Shown piece after piece: positions 19,696-29,810 of a stretch of 64,000 bases of DNA. The notes beneath the pieces were generated by a model. That model saw nothing but the letters and a program-made list of their open reading frames with translations, searched no databases and had not been told where the DNA came from. Source of the stretch: an uncultured Acidobacteriaceae bacterium (GTDB lineage Bacteria; Acidobacteriota; Terriglobia; Terriglobales; Acidobacteriaceae); contig CAVVBW010000003.1 of assembly GCA_963746665.1 (NCBI GenBank), forward strand, positions 325,022 to 389,021, given 5' to 3'. The position numbers were made by a program, and so were the translations under genes. Every line of letters begins with the position of its first letter. Positions within the stretch are counted from its first letter, which is position 1.

Positions 19696-20229
19696 ATGCC
19701 GCTAGAGCATAAATACAGCAGGATCGAACGTGAACGCCGGTTCCTTCTCGACCAATTTCCAAATCATATAAATGCAGTACGAGTCCGCCGAATTTCCGAC
19801 CGCTACATCGACGGCACCACGCTTCGCTTGCGGGAGCAGAGTGAAGACGGTGGCCGAACGATGTTCAAGCTCACTCAGAAGGTTCCAGTCCGGTCGAGTG
19901 GAGCGCAACAGGGATGGATCACGACCATATACCTGACTGGGGAGGAGTTTTGCGTGTTCGCGCAACTTTCGGCGAAGAGGCTCAGCAAGACTCGTTACAG
20001 CGTGCCGCCTTTTGGTATCGATGTTTTCGAAGGCGAATTGGAAGGTTTACTTGTGGCCGAAGCGGAGTTCGATTCGGCAGCCGATGCTGATGCTCTGACG
20101 CCTCCGTCCTTTATTTTTAAGGAAGTATCCGACGATACACGATTCACAGGAGGCCAGCTTGTCCGCGCCTCGCGACGGGACATCCAGACTTGGCTGTTGG
20201 AATATGGGATCAGACTCAGGTCACTGTGA
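19696..20229 (+). CDS. CYTH-domain protein (triphosphate tunnel metalloenzyme)
   Basis: N-terminal IERERRFLL resembles the ExExK signature. DRYIDGTTLRLR and LLVAEAEFDS match conserved CYTH strands. Confidence 0.75.
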   Translation: MPLEHKYSRIERERRFLLDQFPNHINAVRVRRISDRYIDGTTLRLREQSEDGGRTMFKLTQKVPVRSSGAQQGWITTIYLTGEEFCVFAQLSAKRLSKTRYSVPPFGIDVFEGELEGLLVAEAEFDSAADADALTPPSFIFKEVSDDTRFTGGQLVRASRRDIQTWLLEYGIRLRSL

Positions 20230-20333
20230 AGTTGTACCTCGTATATCTGAAACAGCGGAAGAAGAATTGACATAAAGTAAGCCGAATAGCGGCTAACTTC
20301 CATCAGTATCTAGCTTTGATAGGCTGTATCAGC

Positions 20334-21539
20334 ATGGAAACATTGAGAAATCCTCTGTTCCACTTGGCGGTACTAGGGGCTATTTTCTGCATTCCGTTGG
20401 CGGTTGTCGCACAAACCCTACCGGCCATACCGAACGGTAAAGCGATCGACACAGAAGTAGGCAAGATCATGACCCAGACTCATGCCAATGGCATGGCCGT
20501 TGCGGTCATTGATCATGGCAAGGTTGGCTATGTTCAAGCCTACGGCATCCGTAATGCCAAGGGAGATTCGCTGGATACCAACACGGTGATGTACGGTGCG
20601 TCGCTGACCAAGACGGTTTTCGCGTACACGGTGATGCAACTGGTCGATGAGGGCAAGCTCAAGCTCGACACGCCGATTGAGTACGCTCTCGACAAGCCGC
20701 TTCCTGAGTATGGCCCCGATCCCGTCTTTCCGGACAAGTATGGACCGTACAAGGACCTCGCCGGCGATGCGCGATGGGAACGGATAACGCCGCGTATGTG
20801 TCTGAACCATTCAACGGGATTCGCTAATTTCTGGTTTCTCGAACCCGATCACAAGCTGCATATACATTTCGTTCCCGGCACACACTTCAGCTATTCCGGC
20901 GAAGGCTTCATCCTGCTGCAATTTGTCATCGAACATGGGCGAAAGGCACAAGGGCTGGGGCTTGATGTCGGCGATCTAACCAAGGCGAACTTCGACCGCT
21001 TGGGCATGACTCGCACCAGCCTGGTGTGGCACAACGGGCAGGACTCCAACGTCGCCGACGGCTGGGACGATAAAGGCAAGCCCGAGCCGCATGACAATCG
21101 CGGCAAGGTGCGCGCAGCCGGCTCCATGAACACCACAATCTCTGACCTGTCGAAGTTCACCGCCGCCCTGGTGAGGGGCGATGGTCTGAGTCCAGCAGCG
21201 CGCGCCGAAATCACGAAGCCGGTGCTGCACATCACCACGGCCCACCAGTTTCCCAACTTCCTGCCTGACCTGCCGCCCAATGAACAACACAAGGGCCTCT
21301 ATTCGGGCCTGGGCGTCATCATGTTTAATGGCCCGCAAGGCCATGGCTTCTACAAGGGTGGTCACGATGACAAGACCGGCAACACCATGGTCTGCATCAC
21401 GGCCAGTCAGCGCTGTGTTTTGATCCTCGCGAATGACGTTCGCGCCGAAGCGGGTTTCGCAGAGCTGGTGAAGTTCATTCTCGGCGACACCGGCGTGCCG
21501 TATGACTGGGAATATGGAGACCAAGCCGGAAAGTCGTGA
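20334..21539 (+). CDS. secreted serine hydrolase, class C beta-lactamase/PBP-like family
   Basis: ORF 20316-21539, first ATG at 20334. Signal-like LFHLAVLGAIFCIPLAVVAQ. SxxK motif in GASLTKTVFAYTVMQLVDEGKL. Confidence 0.8.
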   Translation: METLRNPLFHLAVLGAIFCIPLAVVAQTLPAIPNGKAIDTEVGKIMTQTHANGMAVAVIDHGKVGYVQAYGIRNAKGDSLDTNTVMYGASLTKTVFAYTVMQLVDEGKLKLDTPIEYALDKPLPEYGPDPVFPDKYGPYKDLAGDARWERITPRMCLNHSTGFANFWFLEPDHKLHIHFVPGTHFSYSGEGFILLQFVIEHGRKAQGLGLDVGDLTKANFDRLGMTRTSLVWHNGQDSNVADGWDDKGKPEPHDNRGKVRAAGSMNTTISDLSKFTAALVRGDGLSPAARAEITKPVLHITTAHQFPNFLPDLPPNEQHKGLYSGLGVIMFNGPQGHGFYKGGHDDKTGNTMVCITASQRCVLILANDVRAEAGFAELVKFILGDTGVPYDWEYGDQAGKS

Positions 21540-21683
21540 GTTCACGGTCATCCTCGGAAGCTAGGGTGAGTGAGGCTGAGCGCACCCAGGTAGCTTCAGG
21601 AAACGCAAAACGGATTATGCGCATAGATCGGTCTATCGGGAGGCTAGGCCAAGCTTGAGTGGCATTCGGCATCACCGCCTGAC

Positions 21684-22460
21684 TCATCGGATGTGCCTCG
21701 CCCAAGCTGCGATCAGTCCGGTGGTGAATACCTTCCACGGACCCCAGTGGTAGAGGAAGTCCTGCAAACACTGGAGGACGACGAGGCCCATTGCGCCGGC
21801 GGCAAATTGCTTCATCAGACGGCCGCGCCATGCGTCCCAGGCAGCCATCGCCATGAGGACCAGCACGTCGCCCCAGAAGTTGAAGAAGTACCACGTCAGC
21901 ATCGACTGGGGCTCAGGCCAGAGCCAGCCGGTCAGGCGCCCGTAGCCTGGATCGAGGATTGCGACGGTGGAGAGGATCATGATCCGCTTGTGGGCAGCGG
22001 GATTCCCGCGGAGTGCAACACCCCAGAGCACAAGAAGGACAAACGCAATGAGCGAACCAAAGTTGACTGAGAGGAACTGGGGACTGGCCGGTCCGGAGTC
22101 AACAGGCGCTTTTGCAACCATCGCGGTCCAAAGCCCGAGGACAACCATGAGGCCGGCCCAGCCCGCCATGAACCATCCCAGCCTCCGGTGCAGAGCCACG
22201 CGATCGCCCACTACCAACAAGACCTGTGCGGTGAGAAGCAGCAGCCAGACGGTGAAGACGACGGCATGAACATCTACCACAGTAGCGGGCGGCGGAGACT
22301 CGTGGAGGAATCGCCGCATGTCCACGCCGAACCCGGCAATCATTCCGAACCAAATCAAAGCGAGCCATACCAGAGACGGGATCCTGTCTTCGCGTGCGCT
22401 CCATGTGGCCCGCGTATGCCATTTGAATCGTGATCTAGCAACTGCAGGTGCTGTCGGCAT
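21684..22460 (-). CDS. hypothetical polytopic membrane protein
   Basis: ORF 21684-22508 trimmed to ATG 22460, which lies 7 nt after AAGGAGG. Multiple hydrophobic helices. No recognised family. Confidence 0.6.
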   Translation of the reverse strand: MPTAPAVARSRFKWHTRATWSAREDRIPSLVWLALIWFGMIAGFGVDMRRFLHESPPPATVVDVHAVVFTVWLLLLTAQVLLVVGDRVALHRRLGWFMAGWAGLMVVLGLWTAMVAKAPVDSGPASPQFLSVNFGSLIAFVLLVLWGVALRGNPAAHKRIMILSTVAILDPGYGRLTGWLWPEPQSMLTWYFFNFWGDVLVLMAMAAWDAWRGRLMKQFAAGAMGLVVLQCLQDFLYHWGPWKVFTTGLIAAWARHIR

Positions 22461-22757
22461 CTCCCAACCTCCTTGGTACATTAGCGCATGGGACGCCGCG
22501 TGTGCCATGGTGTTTCGCGTTCATAGGCATGCACCGGCGCCAGTACTGCGGTTTCCGAGGAGGGAACGCCGGTGATCTGAAGTCCGATCGGCGACACTGA
22601 CGCGGAAAAGCCGCACGGCACCGCGATTTTCCTAGGGTTGAAATCCAAACCACTCTATACTTAGGCGCTTTCCACGCTACGTAGATCTCCGGGCTGTAGA
22701 AATGGAATCTCGCCGCGCGATGGATTCATGCCCCTTTTGAAGCAAAGGAGATTGCCA

Positions 22758-23324
22758 GTGAAGCGTCGTGATTTGCTTAAGAGCGCAGCATTCGTGCTTC
22801 CAGCAGCAGGTTTTCCAGCGGCAGGCTTCGAGGCTTTTGCTCTCGGCCAGAGTGCTGCGCTTCCGCCAACTGGCGGGATCCATCCGGTGGAAGCGGGAGA
22901 AGACCGGTTTGGGGAGACGCACTCGCTGGGATACAGCACGATTCTGTTTAAGGCGGTGCCACGCGAGACCAATGGCGGCTTACTCATGATTGAACACAAG
23001 AACCTAATGAAGGGCGGTCCTCCACGGCACTTCCATCTCCATCAGGAAGAGTGGTTCTACGTGATGGAGGGCGAGGTGCTGTTTCAGGTTGGCGACAGCC
23101 GGACGACATTGCGTGCGGGGGAATCGATCCTGGGGCCGCGCGGGATTCCGCATGCTTTTTCAGGGGTGGGCGAGAAACCGGCGCACATGTTGATCGCGTT
23201 TACTCCCGCGGGGAAGATGGAGGAGTTCTTCCGCTACGTGGCGGTGCCGAACGGGCCGAAGATGGACGCGGAAGTGTTTGCGCGGTACGAGATGCAATAT
23301 GTTGGGCCGCCGCTAGTGGCATAG
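22758..23324 (+). CDS. Tat-exported cupin domain protein
   Basis: ORF 22728-23324. GTG 22758 follows AAGGAG and gives VKRRDLLKSAAFVLPAAGF, a twin-arginine signal. Cupin motif PRHFHLHQEEWFYVMEGEV. Confidence 0.7.
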   Translation: MKRRDLLKSAAFVLPAAGFPAAGFEAFALGQSAALPPTGGIHPVEAGEDRFGETHSLGYSTILFKAVPRETNGGLLMIEHKNLMKGGPPRHFHLHQEEWFYVMEGEVLFQVGDSRTTLRAGESILGPRGIPHAFSGVGEKPAHMLIAFTPAGKMEEFFRYVAVPNGPKMDAEVFARYEMQYVGPPLVA

Positions 23325-23577
23325 TTGCCCGCCTACGCCCCATATTACATTTCCAAATGGCCGCCTAACTATGAATCATGACCGATCACATACCGTCAAC
23401 CGTTCAAATGTCTGTAGCGATAATCCGGTAGTGGCTAGCTTTTCGCTCAACTATCGGTATCAGGCCGATGCACTCGTCGAGTCACGAGCGCCAACCGGTC
23501 TCCAGGATGGAATGGTTTCTTCTCTCCCTGCGTTCGATTGATAGACTGCACCCAGCAGTCATCGCGCGAGGGAATTT

Positions 23578-24930
23578 GTGCCTCTGCACCACAGCATCGA
23601 CGGCGTTACCTACGCCTTCCGCGACCTCAAGGACCTGCTGGCCAAGGCGACACCCGCGCGCTCTGGCGACGAACTTGCCGGCATTGCCGCCCGCAGCTCG
23701 GTCGAGCGCGTCGCCGCCCAGATAACCCTTGCCGATCTGCCTCTGTCCGTTTTTCTCAACGAAGCTGTCGTTCCTTATGAGAGCGACGAGGTCACGCGCC
23801 TTATCTTCGACACGCATGACCCTTCCGCGTTCGCTCCCGTTGCCAGCCTCACCGTTGGTGAATTCCGCGATAAGCTGCTCGCGCACGACACTACCGGCGA
23901 ATCGCTTGCCGCCCTCTCACCCGGCCTCACACCGGAGATGGCCGCCGCTGTCTCCAAGCTTATGCGGGTGCAGGACCTGATTGCCGTCGCCCGTGAGATT
24001 CACGTCGTTACCCGTTTTCGCACGACCGTGGGCTTGCCGGGACGCCTTTCCACGCGCCTGCAACCTAACCACCCCACCGACGATCCTCTGGGAATCGCGG
24101 CTGCTCTCATCGACGGCCTGCTCCTGGGTTCGGGAGACGCCGTTATCGGCATCAACCCCGTTCAAGACAGTGTCGCCGGCACCAAATATCTTCTTCAACT
24201 CCTCGATGCCGTTCGCGAACGCTACTCCATTCCGACCCAGAGCTGCGTCCTCGCCCACATCACCACTCAACTTGCCGCGCTTCAGCAAGGAGCACCCATC
24301 GACCTGGTCTTCCAGTCCATCGCCGGCACGGAGTTAGCCAATGCCTCCTTCGGCATCAACCTTGCTCTTCTCGATGAAGCCCACCATGCCGCCCGCGAGC
24401 TCCACCGAGGCACTGTGGGCGGCAATGTGATGTACTTTGAAACCGGACAGGGCAGCGCTCTCTCTGCGAACGCCCATCATGGCGTCGACCAGCAGACCTG
24501 CGAGGCCCGCGCCTACGCTGTCGCGCGCCGCTTCTCCCCCATGCTTGTCAACACCGTCGTTGGTTTCATCGGCCCGGAATACCTTTACGATGGCAAGCAG
24601 ATCCTCCGCGCGGGCCTCGAAGATCACTTCTGCGGCAAACTCCTCGGCCTGCCCATGGGCTGCGACGTCTGCTATACCAACCACTGCGAAGCCGACCAGG
24701 ATGACATGGACACGCTCCTCACTCTTCTCGGCGCCGCCGGCGTCAATTACATCATGGGCGTTCCCGGCGCCGACGATGTCATGCTCCAGTACCAGAGCAC
24801 CTCCTTCCACGATGCGCTCTACCTACGTTCTATCCTCGGCCTCCGCCCCGCCCCCGAGTTCGAAGCATGGCTCAAAAGCGACCTTTCCGGCCGGCTTCTG
24901 CTGCCGACTCAGATACAATCGCTCCTCTGA
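23578..24930 (+). CDS. eutB: ethanolamine ammonia-lyase large subunit
   Basis: GTG start. The N-terminus ...VTYAFRDLKDLLAKATPARSGDELAGIAARSSVERVAAQ parallels the known EutB N-terminus. 450 aa. Confidence 0.9.
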   Translation: MPLHHSIDGVTYAFRDLKDLLAKATPARSGDELAGIAARSSVERVAAQITLADLPLSVFLNEAVVPYESDEVTRLIFDTHDPSAFAPVASLTVGEFRDKLLAHDTTGESLAALSPGLTPEMAAAVSKLMRVQDLIAVAREIHVVTRFRTTVGLPGRLSTRLQPNHPTDDPLGIAAALIDGLLLGSGDAVIGINPVQDSVAGTKYLLQLLDAVRERYSIPTQSCVLAHITTQLAALQQGAPIDLVFQSIAGTELANASFGINLALLDEAHHAARELHRGTVGGNVMYFETGQGSALSANAHHGVDQQTCEARAYAVARRFSPMLVNTVVGFIGPEYLYDGKQILRAGLEDHFCGKLLGLPMGCDVCYTNHCEADQDDMDTLLTLLGAAGVNYIMGVPGADDVMLQYQSTSFHDALYLRSILGLRPAPEFEAWLKSDLSGRLLLPTQIQSLL

Positions 24931-24945
24931 GAGCTGACAAAGCCT

Positions 24946-25755
24946 ATGCGCCGTCTCCCATCGACTCCTCCTCTCGGCCTTCGCGATTTCACTCCCGCCC
25001 GAGTATCCCTGCCCGCTACCGGCCATAGCATCGTCACCAAGGAAGTGCTCAATTTTCAGCTTGCGCACGCGCAGGCGCGCGATGCGGTGCATAGGCCTTT
25101 TCACTTGTCCGCCTTCGCAGAGCGGCTTCAGGCTGAGCTCGTCAACCTCGCCCCAGCTTCTATTCCCATCCTGCAGCTTCGGACCAATGCGTCCGACCGT
25201 GCCGCGTATCTCCGCCGGCCTGATCTTGGCAGGACCCTCCACCCTGACTCCGTTGCCCAGCTTCAGCCAGGCTCTTATGATTTGGCGATTACCATCGCCG
25301 ATGGCCTTTCTGCTCTCGCCGTCGAACGCCACGCCATTCCCCTGCTCGCCCATCTTCTTCCGCAACTCCTCGCCGCAGGCTGGACCATCTCCCCACTCGC
25401 TCTGGTGGAACAGGGCAGGGTCGCCATCGGCGACCCTATAGGTGGCCTTCTCGGAGCCAGCCTCAGCCTCGTCCTCATCGGCGAACGCCCCGGCCTCTCC
25501 TCGCCCGACAGTCTTGGCGCCTATCTCACCTGGCGCCCACATCCCGATCGCACCGACGCCGACCGCAACTGCCTGTCCAACATCCGCCAGGGCGCTCTTT
25601 CGCCGGAATCTGCCGCGGCCCGTCTCTTCTGGTACCTTCAGGCCGCCCGCACAAGGCAACTCACCGGGACCGCGCTCAAGGAGGGGACGCTCGAAATCGA
25701 AGACACTGCTCCATCGGGTCCATCGGCCGCATCGGCTCCATCGGCCGAAGGCTAA
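24946..25755 (+). CDS. eutC: ethanolamine ammonia-lyase small subunit
   Basis: Starts 15 nt after eutB. 269 aa. DFTPARVSLPATGHSIVTKEVLNFQLAHAQARDAV matches the EutC pattern. Confidence 0.85.
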   Translation: MRRLPSTPPLGLRDFTPARVSLPATGHSIVTKEVLNFQLAHAQARDAVHRPFHLSAFAERLQAELVNLAPASIPILQLRTNASDRAAYLRRPDLGRTLHPDSVAQLQPGSYDLAITIADGLSALAVERHAIPLLAHLLPQLLAAGWTISPLALVEQGRVAIGDPIGGLLGASLSLVLIGERPGLSSPDSLGAYLTWRPHPDRTDADRNCLSNIRQGALSPESAAARLFWYLQAARTRQLTGTALKEGTLEIEDTAPSGPSAASAPSAEG

Positions 25756-25822
25756 CTCAAACGGCACTGCGATATCGCTGCGATCTGATACGTTAAGACA
25801 CCTAAAATATTTGGGTGGGGTC

Positions 25823-27490
25823 GTGTGCGCTTTTCCTCCTGGTGGCAAGGCGGACTTGAAACACATCTTTCCATGCCGCTTGTTTGCCGCGTCGCTGTGC
25901 GCGCTCCTCATTGCTACGCTCGCGCACGCAAGTGCTGCGCTCGCGCATGCGAGCCCTGCCCAGGCGCACGCAAGCGGGCCTCGCGCTAAGACCAACGAGG
26001 GCAGAGTCGAAGGCAAGTTCAGCGCGGATGGCCAAGTGCGCGAGTTTCTGGGCATCCCCTATGCGGCGCCGCCTCTCGGGCCGCTCCGCTGGAAGCCTCC
26101 GCAGGCCGTGGCGAAGTGGCAGGGCGTCCGTCTGGCGACCCGCTTCGGGGCGCACTGCATGCAACCGGCTCTCTATTCCGATATGGTCTTTCGCGATCCC
26201 GGTGGAAGCGAGGACTGCCTTACCCTGAACGTCTGGACGCCTGCGCAGAGCCGGCGCCAAAAACTGCCGGTCATGGTTTGGCTCTATGGCGGCGGGTACG
26301 TCGCCGGCGGCAGCTCTGAGCCGCGCCAGGATGGCGAGACCCTCGCGCATCAAGGGGTTCTCGTCGTCTCGCTGAATTACAGGCTGGGGATCTTCGGCTT
26401 CTTCGCCCTCCCTGAGTTGGCGGCGGAATCGCCCCAGCACGCGGCTGGAAATTACGGTCTCTTGGATCAGTGGGCCGCGCTCGAATGGGTGCAAAGCAAT
26501 ATCGCCGCATTCGGCGGGGACCCCGAGAACGTCACCCTATTCGGCGAATCGGCCGGGTCCTATTCCGTAAGCGCACAGATGGCCTCGCCGCTCTCTCAGG
26601 GGCTCTTCGCCCACGCCATCGGCGAAAGCGGAGGGGCGTTTCCACGCTCCGGGCTGGCATATCCTCGCTTGGCCGAGAGCGAGCAGCGGATGGAATCTTT
26701 CCTTCGCGGCACATTGGGCAAACGCAGCCTGGCCCAACTCCGGGCGATGAGCGCCCAGGACCTGCTCAATCTAGAGATCACCAAGCCCTTCCGTTCACAT
26801 CGCTTTTGGCCGGATGTCGATGGGTATTTTCTGCCTGAGAGCATTCCAGCCATCTATGCGGAGGGGAAGCAGGCGCACATTCCGCTCCTTGCGGGATGGA
26901 ATCGGGATGAGGGACCGCCTCAACCCGCCAGCATGCCTGCAAAGCCGACTGTCGCAGACTTGCGGCGGATGGCCGAGAAGCGCTTTGGCGCGCGCGCCAG
27001 CGACTTTCTCGCGGCCTACGCGGCGCATGACGATCAGGGTGCGCAGCGCGCTGCCCATGACTTTGCCAGTGACGCTTTCATCGCGTACGGAACCCGGGTG
27101 TGGCTGGAAGATCAGGTAGCGACGGGCGGCGCTCCCGTCTTTCGCTATCATTTTGAACTTGGCTCGCCGGGCGACCCATATCATCCGGCCTCCGCCGGCG
27201 CCTTCCATTCCGACGAAATCGAGTATGTCTTTGGCAATCTGCAGGCACGGAAAGGCGCGGCGTGGCGCCCGGAAGACCGAAAGCTCTCCGGTCTCATGCA
27301 GCGTTACTGGACAAACTTCGCCAAGACCGGCGACCCCAACGCTCCGGATCTGCCAAACTGGCCCGTCTACAATGCCGCTTCCAACTGGCAGGTGATGCAC
27401 CTGGGTCTTCAAGTCGCGGCGCAACCGGACCAGCATCGCGACAGGTACCTATTCCTCTATCGAGTGTGGGGTCCAAGCCAACCGCCATAG
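25823..27490 (+). CDS. secreted type-B carboxylesterase/lipase
   Basis: ORF 25442-27490. Its first roughly 380 nt overlap eutC, so it is trimmed to GTG 25823 (alternative TTG 25856). Motifs SEDCLTLNVW and LFGESAGSYSV (GESAG nucleophile). Start is uncertain. Confidence 0.8.
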   Translation: MCAFPPGGKADLKHIFPCRLFAASLCALLIATLAHASAALAHASPAQAHASGPRAKTNEGRVEGKFSADGQVREFLGIPYAAPPLGPLRWKPPQAVAKWQGVRLATRFGAHCMQPALYSDMVFRDPGGSEDCLTLNVWTPAQSRRQKLPVMVWLYGGGYVAGGSSEPRQDGETLAHQGVLVVSLNYRLGIFGFFALPELAAESPQHAAGNYGLLDQWAALEWVQSNIAAFGGDPENVTLFGESAGSYSVSAQMASPLSQGLFAHAIGESGGAFPRSGLAYPRLAESEQRMESFLRGTLGKRSLAQLRAMSAQDLLNLEITKPFRSHRFWPDVDGYFLPESIPAIYAEGKQAHIPLLAGWNRDEGPPQPASMPAKPTVADLRRMAEKRFGARASDFLAAYAAHDDQGAQRAAHDFASDAFIAYGTRVWLEDQVATGGAPVFRYHFELGSPGDPYHPASAGAFHSDEIEYVFGNLQARKGAAWRPEDRKLSGLMQRYWTNFAKTGDPNAPDLPNWPVYNAASNWQVMHLGLQVAAQPDQHRDRYLFLYRVWGPSQPP

Positions 27491-27645
27491 TCGCGGAACG
27501 AGCCGCCCCCGTTCCTTCCGAGAAGGCCTGTATATAATCAATCCTCGCTACTCGACGAGAATAGCGATGAGAATAGAAGCCGGTCATCGGACAGGGCGGC
27601 GGACAGGGCGGCCCGTTTGACGCATCGCCAACGCGAGTCGAAGGC

Positions 27646-28842
27646 ATGAACAGCATCGTCACGGCAGCCCGCCTCCTCCAAGGCGATGCAATCGTCGACA
27701 ATCCCATCGTCACGGTGGATGACGGCCACATCGTGAGCATTCGCAGCCGCGATGGCTACCCCCTCCCTTCGCCTGCGGCGGGATCGGCAGTTTGGGATTT
27801 TCCCGGCGCAACATTGGTCCCGGTTTACCTCGACATCCATGTACATGGAGGCGCTGGCCATGACGTGATGGAGGAGGGCCGAGAGGCGCTCTCGGCGATC
27901 GAAGCGTCTCTTGCCGCGCACGGAGTGGGAGCCTTTTTCCCGACAACGGTTACCTCGCCCGTTGAGCAGACGTTGCAGGCGCTCGACCGGCTCGCCGGCG
28001 AGATTGAGCGCCCGGCGCCTGCGGGCGGAGCTGTGCCCCTGGGCATTCACCTCGAAGGGCCATTTCTCTCGCATGCAAAACGAGGAGTTCACCCCGCCGC
28101 TCTGCTCGTGCCGCCGTCGATTCCTTTCTTCGAACGCTTCTGGCAAGCCTCTCGCGGCCATATCCGGTTAATGACCATCGCTCCGGAGCTCGACCATGCC
28201 CCGGAACTGATCGAGTACGCGAGCGCTCTGGGCGTGCGCTGCAGCCTGGGGCATAGTGACGCCACGGCGTCCCAAGCGGCGGCCGGCTTTCGCGCCGGGG
28301 CGCGCTCCGCAACGCACACCTTCAATGCCATGCGCCCCATTGGCCATCGCGATCCCGGAGTGGCCGGCTATGTGCTCGACAACGACGATCTCTTTGCGGA
28401 AGTCATCTGCGATGGCATCCATGTGGATCCAGCGATGATCCGCATCTTCTTCAAGGCTAAGGGAGCCACACGGTCCATTTTGGTGACCGATGGCATCGGC
28501 GCGACCGGCATGCCCGACGGGGTATATAAGTTGGGCAGCCTTGACATCGATGTAAGGCAAGGGCGCTGCATTTTGGACGGATCCGGCGATGCGCCAGGGG
28601 GCGGAGTGTTGGCGGGTAGCGTTCTGACGCTCGATCGCGCCGTGCGAAATTTCGCTGCCTTCACGCGGAGCGAGCTGCCGGTGAGTGTTCGCTTGGCGAC
28701 ACGGAATCCGGCAAAACTTATGGGAGTTGACGATCGGTGGGGCGTGCTCGAAGAGGGGCGCGAGGCCAGTTTTGTCGCCTTGTCTGCCGCTGGCGACGTC
28801 CTCGAGACATTCCGCGCAGGATCTCCTGTCCTTCATCCGTGA
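27646..28842 (+). CDS. nagA: N-acetylglucosamine-6-phosphate deacetylase
   Basis: Amidohydrolase motifs DIHVHGGAGHDVM, HLEGPFLS and LGHSDA. 398 aa. Confidence 0.85.
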   Translation: MNSIVTAARLLQGDAIVDNPIVTVDDGHIVSIRSRDGYPLPSPAAGSAVWDFPGATLVPVYLDIHVHGGAGHDVMEEGREALSAIEASLAAHGVGAFFPTTVTSPVEQTLQALDRLAGEIERPAPAGGAVPLGIHLEGPFLSHAKRGVHPAALLVPPSIPFFERFWQASRGHIRLMTIAPELDHAPELIEYASALGVRCSLGHSDATASQAAAGFRAGARSATHTFNAMRPIGHRDPGVAGYVLDNDDLFAEVICDGIHVDPAMIRIFFKAKGATRSILVTDGIGATGMPDGVYKLGSLDIDVRQGRCILDGSGDAPGGGVLAGSVLTLDRAVRNFAAFTRSELPVSVRLATRNPAKLMGVDDRWGVLEEGREASFVALSAAGDVLETFRAGSPVLHP

Positions 28843-28902
28843 AGATTCCGGGTGAAGAACAGGGGGCTCGAACGGGTTGTTCCCCGTCGTCTTGCCGCTA
28901 GA
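28815..28902 (+). repeat. 88-bp direct repeat, copy A (covers the last 28 nt of nagA plus 60 nt downstream)
   Basis: CGCAGGATCTCCTGTCCTTCATCCGTGAAGATTCCGG...CGTCGTCTTGCCGCTAGA recurs at 29811-29898 with 5 mismatches by eye. Confidence 0.9.
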
Positions 28903-28958
28903 GCATTTTAGGTTTAGGTGTAGAACGAAGCTTTGCGCACGAGTCCGATGGTGCAAGA

Positions 28959-29762
28959 ATGCGACACACGGCAATAAAATTACTGCTCCTCATCCTTTGC
29001 TCGAGAACTGCAGTTGCTATCAATAGCCCGAACTATGCTGCCGGACGCGGGGCAGACGATGCGGCGGGTGTTGAAATCTCGGTTGCAGCGCCCGATGGGC
29101 TGAATGCTGTCATGACGGAAGTGGCGCAAGCATTTGAGGAGAAAACTGGCCTCCACGTCCGTCTGACGTTTGCGGATTCTGCCAGCCTATATTCACAGAT
29201 CTTAGACGGTGCGATTTTCGACGCGGTTTTTTCGGCGGACATGCAGGACGTTCGGCGGCTGACTGCTTCACGTGCGGTGGTTGCCGCTTCACTCACGGAA
29301 TATGCTCGTGACGAACTGGTGATGTGTATTTCGCCGGTCGTGCGCTTTCAATTTCCGCCTGGGAATCCATTAGTGGCTCTGAGAGATAAGACGATCTCTC
29401 ATATTGCGATACCCGATCCGCAAAAAACGGCTTCTGGCAAAGTTGTAGAGGATGCTTTGAAAGCGGGCGGGGATTATGACTTAGCAGTACGAAGAAAAAT
29501 CTTGATTGGGAAAGACAACTCGGAGGTCGCGCAGTTTGTGGAGCATGGGGATGCGGATGTGGCATTGCTCCCGATGACCGCAGCACGCGCCTCCGGACTT
29601 TATGGGGCGCGAGTGATTCCGATTCCCCCGCGCCTTTATCCGCCTATCCGGATGGAAGCAGTGGTGATCACGCGATCGAAGCGTCGTTCAGAGGCGCTTA
29701 AGTTTCTGAGGTTCGCCGCTTCTTCGGATGGGAGAGCCATATTTCGCCGGGAAGGCTACTGA
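28959..29762 (+). CDS. modA: molybdate ABC transporter periplasmic binding protein (solo, no modBC nearby)
   Basis: 267 aa with a signal peptide. ISVAAPDGLNAVMTEVAQAFEEKTGLHVRLTFADSASLYSQILDGAIFDAVFSAD matches the ModA N-lobe pattern. Confidence 0.75.
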   Translation: MRHTAIKLLLLILCSRTAVAINSPNYAAGRGADDAAGVEISVAAPDGLNAVMTEVAQAFEEKTGLHVRLTFADSASLYSQILDGAIFDAVFSADMQDVRRLTASRAVVAASLTEYARDELVMCISPVVRFQFPPGNPLVALRDKTISHIAIPDPQKTASGKVVEDALKAGGDYDLAVRRKILIGKDNSEVAQFVEHGDADVALLPMTAARASGLYGARVIPIPPRLYPPIRMEAVVITRSKRRSEALKFLRFAASSDGRAIFRREGY

Positions 29763-29810
29763 GGGCGTCTGACGCAAGGCGCTCGGCCCCAGTCGAGGTC
29801 CTCACCGTTA

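Noticed and set aside
23325-23577. Possible cobalamin riboswitch in the eutB leader.
   Set aside because: I could not find a B12-box-like GCCACTG core or the expected GC-rich paired regions by eye. A covariance-model scan would be needed to exclude it formally.
25442-25822. N-terminal 127 residues of tracked ORF 25442-27490, overlapping eutC.
   Set aside because: It overlaps eutC out of frame and is Pro/Ser/Arg-rich. A hydrophobic signal peptide and the esterase fold start after GTG 25823 or TTG 25856.
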